Shown one piece after another: positions 1 through 9,773 of a stretch of 26,172 nt of DNA. The stretch spans positions 744,001-770,172 of the forward strand of contig JALDZX010000002.1 in NCBI GenBank assembly GCA_022813865.1. Direction: 5' to 3'. The first letter of the stretch is position 1. Each line of letters begins with the position of its first letter. Under the pieces are notes generated by a model. The model was not told where the DNA came from and did no database searches. It worked only from the letters and a program-made list of their open reading frames with translations. Origin of the DNA: Xylographa opegraphella. Lineage: Eukaryota. The translations under genes and the position numbers were made by a program.

Positions 1-1051
1 GTGGCTCCAGGTGTCCGCGTGTCAGGAGAGGATATCATCATTGGAAAAACCGCTCCCATTGCGCCAGACGCCGAAGAAATGGGACAGCGGACGAAGCTGC
101 ACATCAAACGGGATGCCTCGACCCCGTTAAGATCAACTGAAAGCGGAATCGTCGACAAAGTCCTACTGACCACCAACTCCGAGGGGCTGCGATTCGTCAA
201 AGTCCGTATGCGCACCACCAAAATCCCTCAGATTGGGGACAAGTTTGCCTCGCGTCATGGACAGAAAGGTACTATCGGCATTACATACCGCCAGGAGGAC
301 ATGCCTTTTAGTGCGGAAGGTATCGTTCCCGACCTTATCATCAACCCACACGCCATTCCTTCGCGCATGACGATTGCGCATTTGATTGAATGTCAGCTCA
401 GCAAAGTTTCGTCGCTTCGGGGGTTCGAGGGCGACGCAACCCCGTTCACGGAGGTCACTGTGGACTCGGTCTCCAGACTTCTCCGCGAACATGGCTACCA
501 CTCTCGGGGGTTCGAAGTCATGTACAACGGGCACACCGGACGTAAGCTAGTAGCGCAGGTCTTCCTAGGACCTACATATTATCAGCGTCTACGGCACATG
601 GTGGACGACAAAATACACGCTCGCGCTAGAGGTCCTGTGCAGATACTAACACGGCAACCGGTGGAGGGGCGAGCACGAGATGGTGGTCTACGATTCGGAG
701 AGATGGAGCGTGACTGCATGATCTCCCACGGTGCAAGCGCTTTCTTGAAGGAGAGACTGTTCGAGGTGTCGGACGCTTTCAGGGTGCACATCTGCGATAT
801 CTGCGGGCTGATGACCCCAGTGGCGTAAGTTCACCTCGCATGCCCCCCCCACCCCAACGGTCGATCTTGGGATGCTGATTGGTCACAGGAACCTCAAGAA
901 GGCCTCGTTCGAATGCCGGCCGTGCAAGAACAAAACCAAGATCTCGCAAGTGCACATCCCGTACGCGGCCAAGCTGCTCTTCCAGGAGCTGGCGTCCATG
1001 AACATCGCTGCCAGGATGTACACGAAGCGATCGGGCATCACGGTCCGATAG
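1..1051 (+). CDS. RPB2: RNA polymerase II second-largest subunit, 3' part (5'-truncated by window). Exons <1..824 and 889..1051
   Basis: Hallmark motifs [50 protein letters not shown] and Zn-binding CDIC...CRPC. Intron 825..888 has a GTAAGT donor, GCTGAT branch and CAG acceptor. Splicing restores [53 protein letters not shown], with TAG at 1049-1051. Confidence 0.98.
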
Positions 1052-2060
1052 GCTGAACGTGTCGAGCGTTGCACACGACGACTTCTTGGCGGGGCCAGCC
1101 TCGCGAAGCCGAGGGCATGTCGGCGGGGAAGCCCCTGCGGGACTATCTTTATTGCTGTGGCGCACAGTCGGAGTTCTGCCTTGTATTTTTCGCCATGGCG
1201 GACGTGGATATCCGGGGATGAGCATCTCGAAGGATCTGTAGCATTGCGGCGGCGCCAGTGGGTCGGGTGATAGGTCCTGCATAACGGACGGGAAAGTTGG
1301 CTGGTTAAGGTAGGGGATGCCAGAAGAGGCTGACCGTGGTCACCCTGCACGTGTAATAGTAAGTAAGTAGCAAACAAGAGAGGCGGGTTCAGGATACGGA
1401 TTAGTGTGATAGCAGCGAAGAAAGATGGTCAGAGACTTTGGAAGAACGATGCCGTAGCGTGAAGGACGGTGGCATGGCTCTATTATCAATAAGGTAATGA
1501 GGGTGTGTTGTGCCTGTGCTCCGGAGCCCGTAAGCGCCGAGCAGAATATTGGCTACAGCTACGTAGTAAACATCCGCATGCCTTGATTGGGACGAGGGTG
1601 GCAGGTATTACCGCGCTAAGGTAAGTTATCGATAACCAAGTGCCATTAAGCCGTCCTAGTCCCATCTAGTTAGATCTCTACTGTAGTAGTGCTCGGATCG
1701 AAAAGGTCGCTAGTCTCGTGATTGGCTCCTCCCCGCATCCTTTAGCGTTCTCGGTCTCTGTTAGCGCGCTTTTAACCGCCCATCACATCGTCCGCCCTCC
1801 ACCCTCTTCCTCCCCTTCCCTCATCGTCAATTCGCCAATTCGCCAATTCGCCATGATCTCCACCGTCACCGCATCCCGGCTGCCTGCTGGCAGCGACGAG
1901 GGTGAGCCAAACCGGGATCAATACGCGCCCACGGAATGCGGACTGGAGAGCACAAGCTGCAGAACATACATTGGTGTGCAGGCCACCACTGCACGGCCAG
2001 GCACTCTCGCTCGACTCATGGCCCTCGATTCCTTCGGCCAGCATAAGAAGCGCCCGACCG

Positions 2061-2535
2061 CTCCAGCTTCTCTTCCTCTCCTCAGCAAGCCTTCAATCTC
2101 ATTGAGCTATCCATAGTAATTCGTGTTTCGTCGTACTTTTTTTTTGTCTTCCTTGTTCAATACACGAGCTGTGCTCTGTATCCTTTCTAAGTACTTCTAA
2201 AAATTAATCCACCCTAATTACTTTACTGCACTCTGTTGTCGCCGGCCGACTTCGTTGCCCCATAGCTCAACTTGCTCGACTCGCTTCCACGACCGGCTAC
2301 TCTTTCTAGCACCGTGGGTTCGAGTCTACTATTTCCTCGAGAGAAGATTTGTTTGCCGTGGTCCGTTCCTCATACAACTTGCGAGCGCTCCGGTAGCCTC
2401 GTCGTCCACCAGCACTCCAGTCTTTCAGCTAGCTTCAATCAGCTCGAGTTCATTCTATTTCCTGATCCAACGTCGATATCATCGCTCGGACCACTTTTTT
2501 TTACTATATCATTACCTTAATACCACTACTACATA
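2061..2535 (+). promoter_or_regulatory. CT-rich initiator region and long ATG-free 5' leader of esdC
   Basis: Pyrimidine tract CTCCAGCTTCTCTTCCTCTCCTC at about 2061-2083. No ATG on the + strand from 2021 to 2535. Poly-T tracts near 2137 and 2495. The transcription start is inferred, not observed. Confidence 0.4.
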
Positions 2536-3405
2536 ATGGCTGCTGTTCAACTCGGTTTCACCCTCCGCACCTCCACCAACGTCAAGACTGTTCACCTTCT
2601 CGGATCATGGGATAACTACTCCGGTCAACTTCCGTTGTCGAAGGATACCTCCAAGTCCGGTGGATGGAAAGGTACCTTCCGCTTCCAAGGTGCTACCCTC
2701 AAGACCGGCCAGCGATACTGGTACTATGTACGTTCTATATCCTTCTCTTTCCTCATAGTATAGGTCTAACGTGATCATCAGTACATCATGGATGGGTACC
2801 ACGTCTCGCATGACCCCGCTCAACCCTTCACCAAGGAGCCCACCACTGGCCGTTCCCTTAACATTCTCGACGTTCCCGCCTCTCGCTCCACTGCCGATGC
2901 TCCCGTTTCCGCTTCTAAACGAAGCGTTCGTCAGTCCGCTGAGATTCCCAAAGGTCGCTCTCTCTCGCCCAGCAAGATCGCCCACCCAAAGCCCTCAAAG
3001 CCCTACGCTTCTCGCCGTGTCCGCGAGGCAGATTATAGCACCGCACCTGAGGTAGACGACCTCACATCTCAGCTCGAGCAAGCATCTCTTTATGGCTACA
3101 GCGCATCGCCGCCTTCTTCGGTTGGCTCCAGCCTTTCAAGCCGAAGCTCCGGTGGCTCGTCTCCCAGCTCGCTTTCCTCGCTCTCCGACCGCAGCGCCGG
3201 ATCTTGCCACTGCAATCGATATGGCATCACGCGCAAAGGTGACCGTGTCAAGCTTGACTGCGGTGGAAGCAAGTGCGGCTACAGCGAAGACAGCTCTTCG
3301 GGTTGCTCCAGCGACGAGTCGAGCGAGGATGAGGCTCCACAACGGCCTCAGGTTCGGGAAGTCCGACCACGAGCGCAAGCGAGTGCTGGTTCTCGTCGCC
3401 GATGA
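2536..3405 (+). CDS. esdC: EsdC (early sexual development C): AMPK-beta-like glycogen-binding domain with Ser-rich, Cys-motif C-terminus, 271 aa. Exons 2536..2727 and 2782..3405
   Basis: Spliced product MAAVQLGFTLRTSTNVKTVHLLGSWDNY...RYWYY|YIMDGYHVSHDP...EPTTGRSLNILDV matches the Aspergillus EsdC N-terminus as I recall it. Intron 2728..2781 (GTACGT...CTAAC...CAG) is in frame. Confidence 0.9.
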
Positions 3406-4589
3406 ATGAAAACTGATGATTTACGGGACCTTGACGAACACAAAAGGGGAGAACATTTCTTTACAGACAAGACTTGCACAGAGTGAAGCTGTTATTGCAC
3501 GCTCATTATTTCCTAATACTACACCAAGTCATCTTGGCTGGTCTGGGATGGACCTGTCTTACAGCTCCAACAGCACGCTTCCTCACCGAGGCGATCGGCT
3601 GCGGGGTTTACGAGGCCGGGAATTGGACCTGAATCGGAGATCTGGAATGAGCCACCCATCAGCTTATTCCGGCCTTTCTCTTTGACTCTGTCTGGATCTA
3701 TACAATCTGTGTATAGCCGTTCCGATCACAATTTGCACGAAGGATGGGAGGAGGTTGGATGGAGGAATGGAGGCAACGTGATGAAAATCGTTGAGGTGGC
3801 GGAGGAGATATAAATAGCATAATCAATCAATACCAACATTATGCTGATATTTTTCTCCTGATAAGCACACAAATGATAACTGCTTCCATGCTGAGTGACA
3901 ATCGCGGTTTGTGCAACAACGCGATGGTGAACCAGGCTGAGAAACCAGGCTGAGAGACCACGCTGGTAGCTTATATATTTGAGATGCAGCTGCCTAGATT
4001 CCTCCTGTTCCATGGTCACATATATTATTGTGGACCTCGGAGCCCGTCTTTCAGATCTTCTCTCACGAGTATTGTGTTGTCTGATGGTCGTAAGAAATCG
4101 CAGAGAAAATCCTTTACTTCATACAGAAGTCCTGTTCTTGTGTTGCCCCCTTACCCCTCCCAATACGTGGGCTAGAGGTGCAGCCGGGTAAAGGGTTTTC
4201 CGCCCCTGAATCCATCCAACGTTGGTCGGAACCTGATCACTGCGACGCAGCCCCCCGAAGGAAAGAAAACTCGAAATTCATTATTTCACTATTGCGTAAT
4301 GAACGTCTGAAACCAGATATTCTAAAAACGCATGAACAGCAGAACATATTGGTTGCGAAGCAGTATCGGAGAAAAAAAAGGCCGTCGAAATCCAGCACAA
4401 AACGAGAGACAACAACACGAGGAGCAACCCTGTGACAATGGAAAAATATCTAGGTACTTCAAAGAGAGAACTTGGTTGCAAAAACGCAGGTCTGACCGTT
4501 TGAATCCCTCTACTCTTCTCCACCTCCGTCTCTTTCACAGGTCGTTGTAAAAGCACTCTTGGCTCGTAGTTAACTGTTATCAGCCATCT

Positions 4590-5857
4590 TTACTTCTTGC
4601 TCGGGTCTTCTGTCGGGCGCTTTAGGGCCTGGAAATACTTCTCGGTGATAGTATCAACTACTTCCTGGCTAGGGTTCTCCGCATACTCCGCGAACATGGC
4701 CTCGTGCTGGAAAAAGATCCGGGCTTCCCGCTGGATGGCTAGGTACATCTCGTAGTCGATAGAACCATCGCTGATCCAGGCTTGTATCCCGGCTGTGTCG
4801 AGTTAGCATGCACGTTGTATACCATTTGACATCGCATCGAATGTGGCCGGCACTCACCAACAAGTCTGCGCGCCGATACAGAGAGTATTGGAGCGTTAGA
4901 GGCTTTCTCATGGGGATCTCTCGCCCACTCAATACCATTCTGATCTAGGTATGAGAGCTTCTCATCGACTGGCTGTTTCGTGCTCAGATTGGGCTTAAGG
5001 TACATCTCGAAGAAAACAGTGCCCCGCACTGCGAAAGTTAGCACTTGGTAGAGAGAGTAAGTGAGTTAGCATACTATCAAAATTGTACAGCTTGTATTCT
5101 ACATAGAAGTACTGAGACATCTTGGCCCATCCTAAAACGCATGCGATCTGAGAGGCGGTGCTTAGCTGAAAATTACCGCTTTTGGCGACTTGGATGAGGC
5201 TGTCCATGTAGACTTGAGCTGCTGGTGACGGCTGCATCTTCATATCCAGCTCGAATGCTGTTTTATCGCCTTGATAAAGACTGGTGATAATATTATTGTT
5301 CAAATCCTCCATGTAGGTATTAAATTTTGTTATAGCGGTATCACGCTCTTTCTCTTGCTCTGGCGTAAGATTCTTTTGGGTCTTGAAACGCTCGGCGACA
5401 ACCTGGCCCAGATTGCCGACATAAATGCTGTCGGCCTGGTTGAGTGCACGCGGTCAGAAAGAAGTCTTTTCTCGGAGATGCAATTGATCAGCTGGACGTA
5501 CACAAAGGTACGCTCTTGAGCTCTTTAAAAGTGACGCGTTCTCAGGAGCGTAAAACTTTTGAGGGTTAGGATTAGTTGCAAAGAATTTCGCCATCCCCTC
5601 CCAGTGCCTATTGAGCTTCTGCTTCTCCCAGCTGCTTCCGGTTAGAAGTGAGCTAACAATATTGCTGTGATCAGTTAGCAAGGCATGACTCGACGTCCAG
5701 GGATCGCGGATGTTTACCCGTTGACCACATTTGTGTCGACCATTTGCTGTTGGACACTCTTTGGAATGCCTGTCCCCAGTCTATACAGTGCCTGCTCGGC
5801 CTCGGCCTGGCCCTTGGCAGCGCGCCAAATGAAGTTGAACTTGCCCAACGAATTCAT
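4590..5857 (-). CDS. Divergent TenA/thiaminase II (heme-oxygenase-like helical fold) family protein, 345 aa. Exons 5857..5718, 5664..5502, 5435..5075, 5028..4858, 4792..4590
   Basis: Four introns (5717..5665 GTAAAC/GCTAAC/CAG; 5501..5436 GTACGT/CTGAC/CAG; 5074..5029 GTATGC/GCTAAC/CAG; 4857..4793 GTGAGT/GCTAAC/CAG) join the exons into one open 1038-nt frame. Segments HWEG...AYLCADSIY, PSPAAQVYMDSLIQVAKSGNFQLSTASQIACVLGW and HEAMFAEYA align by eye with B. subtilis TenA WWEG...YVLQDSYY, PSPTAYSYTSHMYRSVLSGNFAEILAALLPCYWLY and YEYQFWGMA. The gene model is high confidence and the family call is moderate. Confidence 0.75.
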
Positions 5858-5977
5858 GTTGAGGTATCAAACTTTGGATTCTAGCTGAATGAAAGAGCAG
5901 TCGGCTGTACGGTATATCTCGTTGGTCTGCAGTGCGCGCCGTTGTGGTTAAGCCATCCCAGCGAGGCCTGGCCGAGC

Positions 5978-5983
5978 TTTATA
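5978..5983 (-). promoter_or_regulatory. TATA box (TATAAA) of the TenA-like gene
   Basis: GTATAAAG on the minus strand about 120 nt upstream of the ATG at 5857, which has A at -3 (CAAC ATG). Confidence 0.5.
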
Positions 5984-6842
5984 CACGAGGAGAAGCCAGC
6001 AACAACAAGCCAACTGCATCATTTCTTCGAGAGCCATGTTTCCGCAAAGACGAGAAGCCCAATTGCTTCCTTGACCGACCGCCTGCCTGGCTGCACTCGC
6101 GCCACATCCAAACATTCTCATATCGAATAACAACGGATGGCACCGCACCACCACCAGCATTTCACACAGCGGTGAGACCGCTAACGAAGGGTGCCAAGTC
6201 CTCGGACCAATCGACCACTGATCCGAACGTATGGCCTCTACGTGTGTATGGGTTTCCATCCAAGAACTTCGTTTAGTTCAATTTCATGTACGAACAGCTT
6301 AGCGAGGTCTAACAATAGCACATATCGCGTAGCTTGCTGGAACGTTTCCAGCTGAGAGGTTCGCTATGTGCTTTTCGACTACCCTCTCCGTTCAAATCTG
6401 GGTCTGCGCTCGCGATCGTGGATGAAAGCTCATCTGCTGGCTAAGGTGAATGGGCGGTCGAGACTCTCGAGACACGAGCCCGTCCCTATCACGGTAATGT
6501 GCTTTCCGGCTAAAGGGTGTCATCTTCAAGATCTTCGAAACTCGAAACATTGACTGTGGCACTGTTTACCTTCGCAGAGGTATGAGTGTCTTTCTTGGTT
6601 GACTTTATCGCAGTAGGGATGCATGGCTGTGTTTAGTGAGCTTGGTCGGAGGATATTGTAGTAAACACATAAAGATTTCGACAATCTGCTTGCCTTCGAC
6701 TATGAAGTTGAAATACGGCTTCTGGCTTCGTACAGACGTGCAATGAGAATCAAAGAGCCACCGCCGCTGTATTACGACATCTAAACCCTAGAATATCAAT
6801 GTCTTAATTTCGACTGGTAACACTCACCGGCGCGCTCGTTGT

Positions 6843-6930
6843 TCAGCCAGCCACCAGTGCGATAAGTACTCAGCCAGCCACCAGTGCGATAAGTACTCAG
6901 CCAGCCACCAGCACGCTACTCAGCCAGTCA
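6843..6930. repeat. 27-bp tandem repeat TCAGCCAGCCACCAGTGCGATAAGTAC: two perfect copies plus two degenerate copies
   Basis: Units start at 6843, 6870, 6897 (diverged) and 6920 (partial). Confidence 0.9.
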
Positions 6931-7295
6931 TCGGTGAGCCCATCAGCTTGCCTCAGTACCGCCTGCGGAGCGGTTTGTACCTAGTATCTGGGCGATGGTG
7001 CGTTGGTGGTGGAGCTTGGGGTTGGGGCTTGCAGATGGTTTATGCGGTGTGCTGATTCGTTGGGTTGCTGTAAGCTGATGGGTCGCTAAGGGTTATGTGG
7101 GGTTGGGGTTAAACACGTGGGCAATGGCAATTACACCGTTACACGTCTGTCAAGGGCCAAACGGTCGCTTTTGGTGACGGGCGCCATTGGTATTGATTTT
7201 ATACTGTGGTTGTGGTCATACCAACTTTGCTAAGCTGCCCCTCTATCGCCTCTGCATCTATTATACAACGACCGACATGCTCACGCCCGCCACCC

Positions 7296-8501
7296 TCACT
7301 TCTTTTCCGCCTTGTCCTTTGCCTTCTTGGCCAAGTCCTCCGCTTGCTTCACCCGCTTCTGCACCACGGCCGTGATATCGTCGTACGTGGCCTTGACCAG
7401 ATCCTCGGCTTCCTTGCCGTGCTTCTCACCGATCTCTTGGAGCTGAGACAGCTTCGGCATTATCTTGTCGGCGCCCGGAATCATCTTGAAATACTGGTCG
7501 AGACCACCGCCCATCGACCCGGCCTGCGATTTCGCCTTGTCAGTGGCAGATTTGATGTACTGCTCGATGGAGTCTGTGTTGCCAGATTGGGCGGCGTCCT
7601 TAACCTTCTCCAATAGCTCGGTGAAGTTGCCCTGCTTGAGGGCGTCGGCATTCTTCTCGACGAGCTCTTTGAGCTTGGGGGATTTGTCCAGGTAGGGCTG
7701 AGCTTGCTCCATGCCTTTTTTCCACGCTTCGTCGCCCATCTTCTTCACCATCTCCATCTTCTCTTGCACGACCGAGCGGATCTTGTTCGCGGTGTCCATG
7801 CTCACGCCGCCCTTGATGATGTCCTGGATCTGGTCCCACGTCTGGTCCACCTGCTTCTTGGCCTCGGGACCATACTTGTCTCCCATCTCCTTGAGCTGGT
7901 CTAGGTTTCCCCCAACCTTGGCCTTGAGATCCGGGTGGTTGTTCAAGATGTCCTGGGCGGCATCGCCCGCCAACTCACCGATCTGCTTCAACCGCTTCTG
8001 TATGATTTCCCACACCTGGGTTGCAGTCTCAATGCTCATTCCCTTGTCCTTGGTGACATCCTTAATCTCGCCGTACGTTTCCCTGACGATGTCGTCCACC
8101 TTCCCGCCGTGTTTGGCGCGCACGGCATCCAGGTCATTGAAGGCCGTGTTGACGTAGCCGCTGGCACCTGGGATGAAGGCCGCATAGGTCGTCGCAGTCG
8201 ATCGCAACCACTTCAAAGCTTCGTTAGGCTCGGGCGCAGCTTTCGCGAGCCGGTCTTGAGCTTGCTCGAAGTAGGCTTTCGTCTGGTGAGCTGTGTTGAC
8301 GAGTGTTTTCGCCCCTGAGAAGTAGTAGTATGTGTAGCCGCCCGCGAAGGCAATTCCACCCCCGACCAGGCCACCGATGATGGCTTGCGAGTAATTGGGG
8401 CTGGCTTCTTGCCCGGCTGTTGCATACCGGCGAGTGGCGCGAGCTACGGGGAAGTTGCGGAGCTGGCGCACGGAGCGGAATGCTGCTCTGGAAGCCGACA
8501 T
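7296..8501 (-). CDS. Conserved fungal apolipoprotein/apolipophorin-like all-helical protein with predicted mitochondrial presequence and one TM segment, 401 aa, single exon
   Basis: Arg/Ala/Ser-rich, acid-free N-terminus ending RRYAT. Hydrophobic Gly-rich segment IIGGLVGGGIAFAGGYTYYYF. Long amphipathic K/E/D/Q/A helices. Strong GC3 codon bias. Confidence 0.85.
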   Translation of the reverse strand: MSASRAAFRSVRQLRNFPVARATRRYATAGQEASPNYSQAIIGGLVGGGIAFAGGYTYYYFSGAKTLVNTAHQTKAYFEQAQDRLAKAAPEPNEALKWLRSTATTYAAFIPGASGYVNTAFNDLDAVRAKHGGKVDDIVRETYGEIKDVTKDKGMSIETATQVWEIIQKRLKQIGELAGDAAQDILNNHPDLKAKVGGNLDQLKEMGDKYGPEAKKQVDQTWDQIQDIIKGGVSMDTANKIRSVVQEKMEMVKKMGDEAWKKGMEQAQPYLDKSPKLKELVEKNADALKQGNFTELLEKVKDAAQSGNTDSIEQYIKSATDKAKSQAGSMGGGLDQYFKMIPGADKIMPKLSQLQEIGEKHGKEAEDLVKATYDDITAVVQKRVKQAEDLAKKAKDKAEKK

Positions 8502-9773
8502 GACGATGAGGAGGAGATGGCAGCAGCGTCAATTGAAACGCGAGAGTTGCGTGAAATGTTCTGGCGGTTTGTAGGTTGGGAGGTGACAGGTCAATAATGT
8601 GTAGACGAGCTTTTCTCCCACCATGGTTGCCATGCGGGAAAAGTGACGATGCTGGGACACGCCCGCCCGCAACGGGGAACGCGGCGGCGATGACGATGCA
8701 CGGCCGCTGAGCTAAGCCCGGCTGGTGGAACGAAGTTCCGTCTTGAGCTAAGGTACGGAGGACCTTGTCTTGATTCTTCTCATCTTGTTCGGGACAGCTC
8801 CAACGCTGCCAGCTTCCTTCATTTCCACACTCGGCTTACTCATGTATCTGTACCGACCGAGAGCCCCCTCTTGTATTTGACTGCTGCGGATAGACTACTT
8901 GCACAGCCTATAGGACAACCTGAAAGCTCGAAGAAGCGTTGCGATGCGTCTCTTATCTACGTTGAACAATACATCAGACCCGGGTGCTCATTTTGTTATT
9001 TCCAACTCGTTTTCTCAAGCTGAATCGAGAGTCCTTCTTGATACCGTCGTTACTTTACTGCCAGTGAAGGATATACACCACCTAGGTTTCGATATATATG
9101 CTCCTCATGACCTTCCAAGCCCGGTGCGCTGGACTATCGTTTCCGCGTCCATTGCCTGTTTGGGATTGCGGAGGCGCTATGATACGTCGTTTCTGGCTAA
9201 TTTTTCGTGACAAGGCGACTGCTACAGTCTATCCCTTTGCTGTCCGTTGACCTAAGTGTGCCATGGCAGAGGTACTGACTGTTATCGATTATGCTTTCGT
9301 ATCTCCTGGTGTCTAAAGAATAGACTTGGATGAACCAGACGGATATACGGCGGTTACTTCTCATCATCCTTATTAACTTTGCTTGCACCTGAGGACTCTC
9401 TGAAGTCTATAGTTTATGAGTAGTCTAGTAAGTGATATTGAGTAGGCGCCGAGTTAAGAAGCACCAGAGGTGTATTATTACTTTCACCAATCTCCAGTAG
9501 CTGTAAATGTGCATACCAAATACTTTAAAAATTCCATGCGTAAGGTACCTACACTTCAACTCTTTAGGCAGTTTTCTAAGCTCTGGCTACGATGCAGAGT
9601 CGTGGCGGCGACCCGTGACAGCGTGAGAACCAAACACTAGCGTGTCCCAATCGGGGAGGCTTCAAGAACCGCTATGTCAACAAAGACTCGACAGACATCC
9701 GCAAGAAGAGGAGTGCTTTCCTTCAGTTCCAACACTGACGCCTTCCACTTTTTGTAGGAGCGCGTTGCGCAAA

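Noticed and set aside
779..1377. Long antisense ORFs over RPB2 (likewise those over the 7296-8501 gene and the SLX4 3' end)
   Set aside because: Shadow ORFs caused by GC-rich codon bias of the real genes, with no domain-like content.
1828..2116. (CAATTCGC)x3 repeat followed by an 87-aa ATG ORF (1853-2116) as an esdC uORF
   Set aside because: The peptide has no recognisable features and begins upstream of the CT-rich putative initiation region, so it is probably promoter sequence.
2309..2330. tRNA T-loop/B-box-like GGGTTCGAGTC
   Set aside because: No proper 5-bp T-stem, acceptor stem, D-arm or anticodon arm around it.
3930..4238. TPP riboswitch near the TenA-like gene (CTGAGA twice in the 13-bp duplication at 3930-3955, GAACCTGATC at 4229-4238)
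   Set aside because: The two motifs are about 280 nt apart rather than 10-20 nt, lie on the strand opposite the TenA-like gene, and lack the downstream TAAT...GCG.AGG element.
5858..6276. Upstream extension of the TenA-like gene through the in-frame TGA near 5867
   Set aside because: Two in-frame stops and a TATA box lie upstream, and the ATG at 5857 has good context.
6843..6930. 27-bp repeats as a CRISPR array
   Set aside because: The units are directly tandem without unique spacers, there are no cas genes, and the context is eukaryotic.
8900..9420. Short ORFs or a possible gene relic between the apolipophorin-like gene and SLX4
   Set aside because: Multiple stops in the frames examined, no recognisable motif and no consistent splice pattern.
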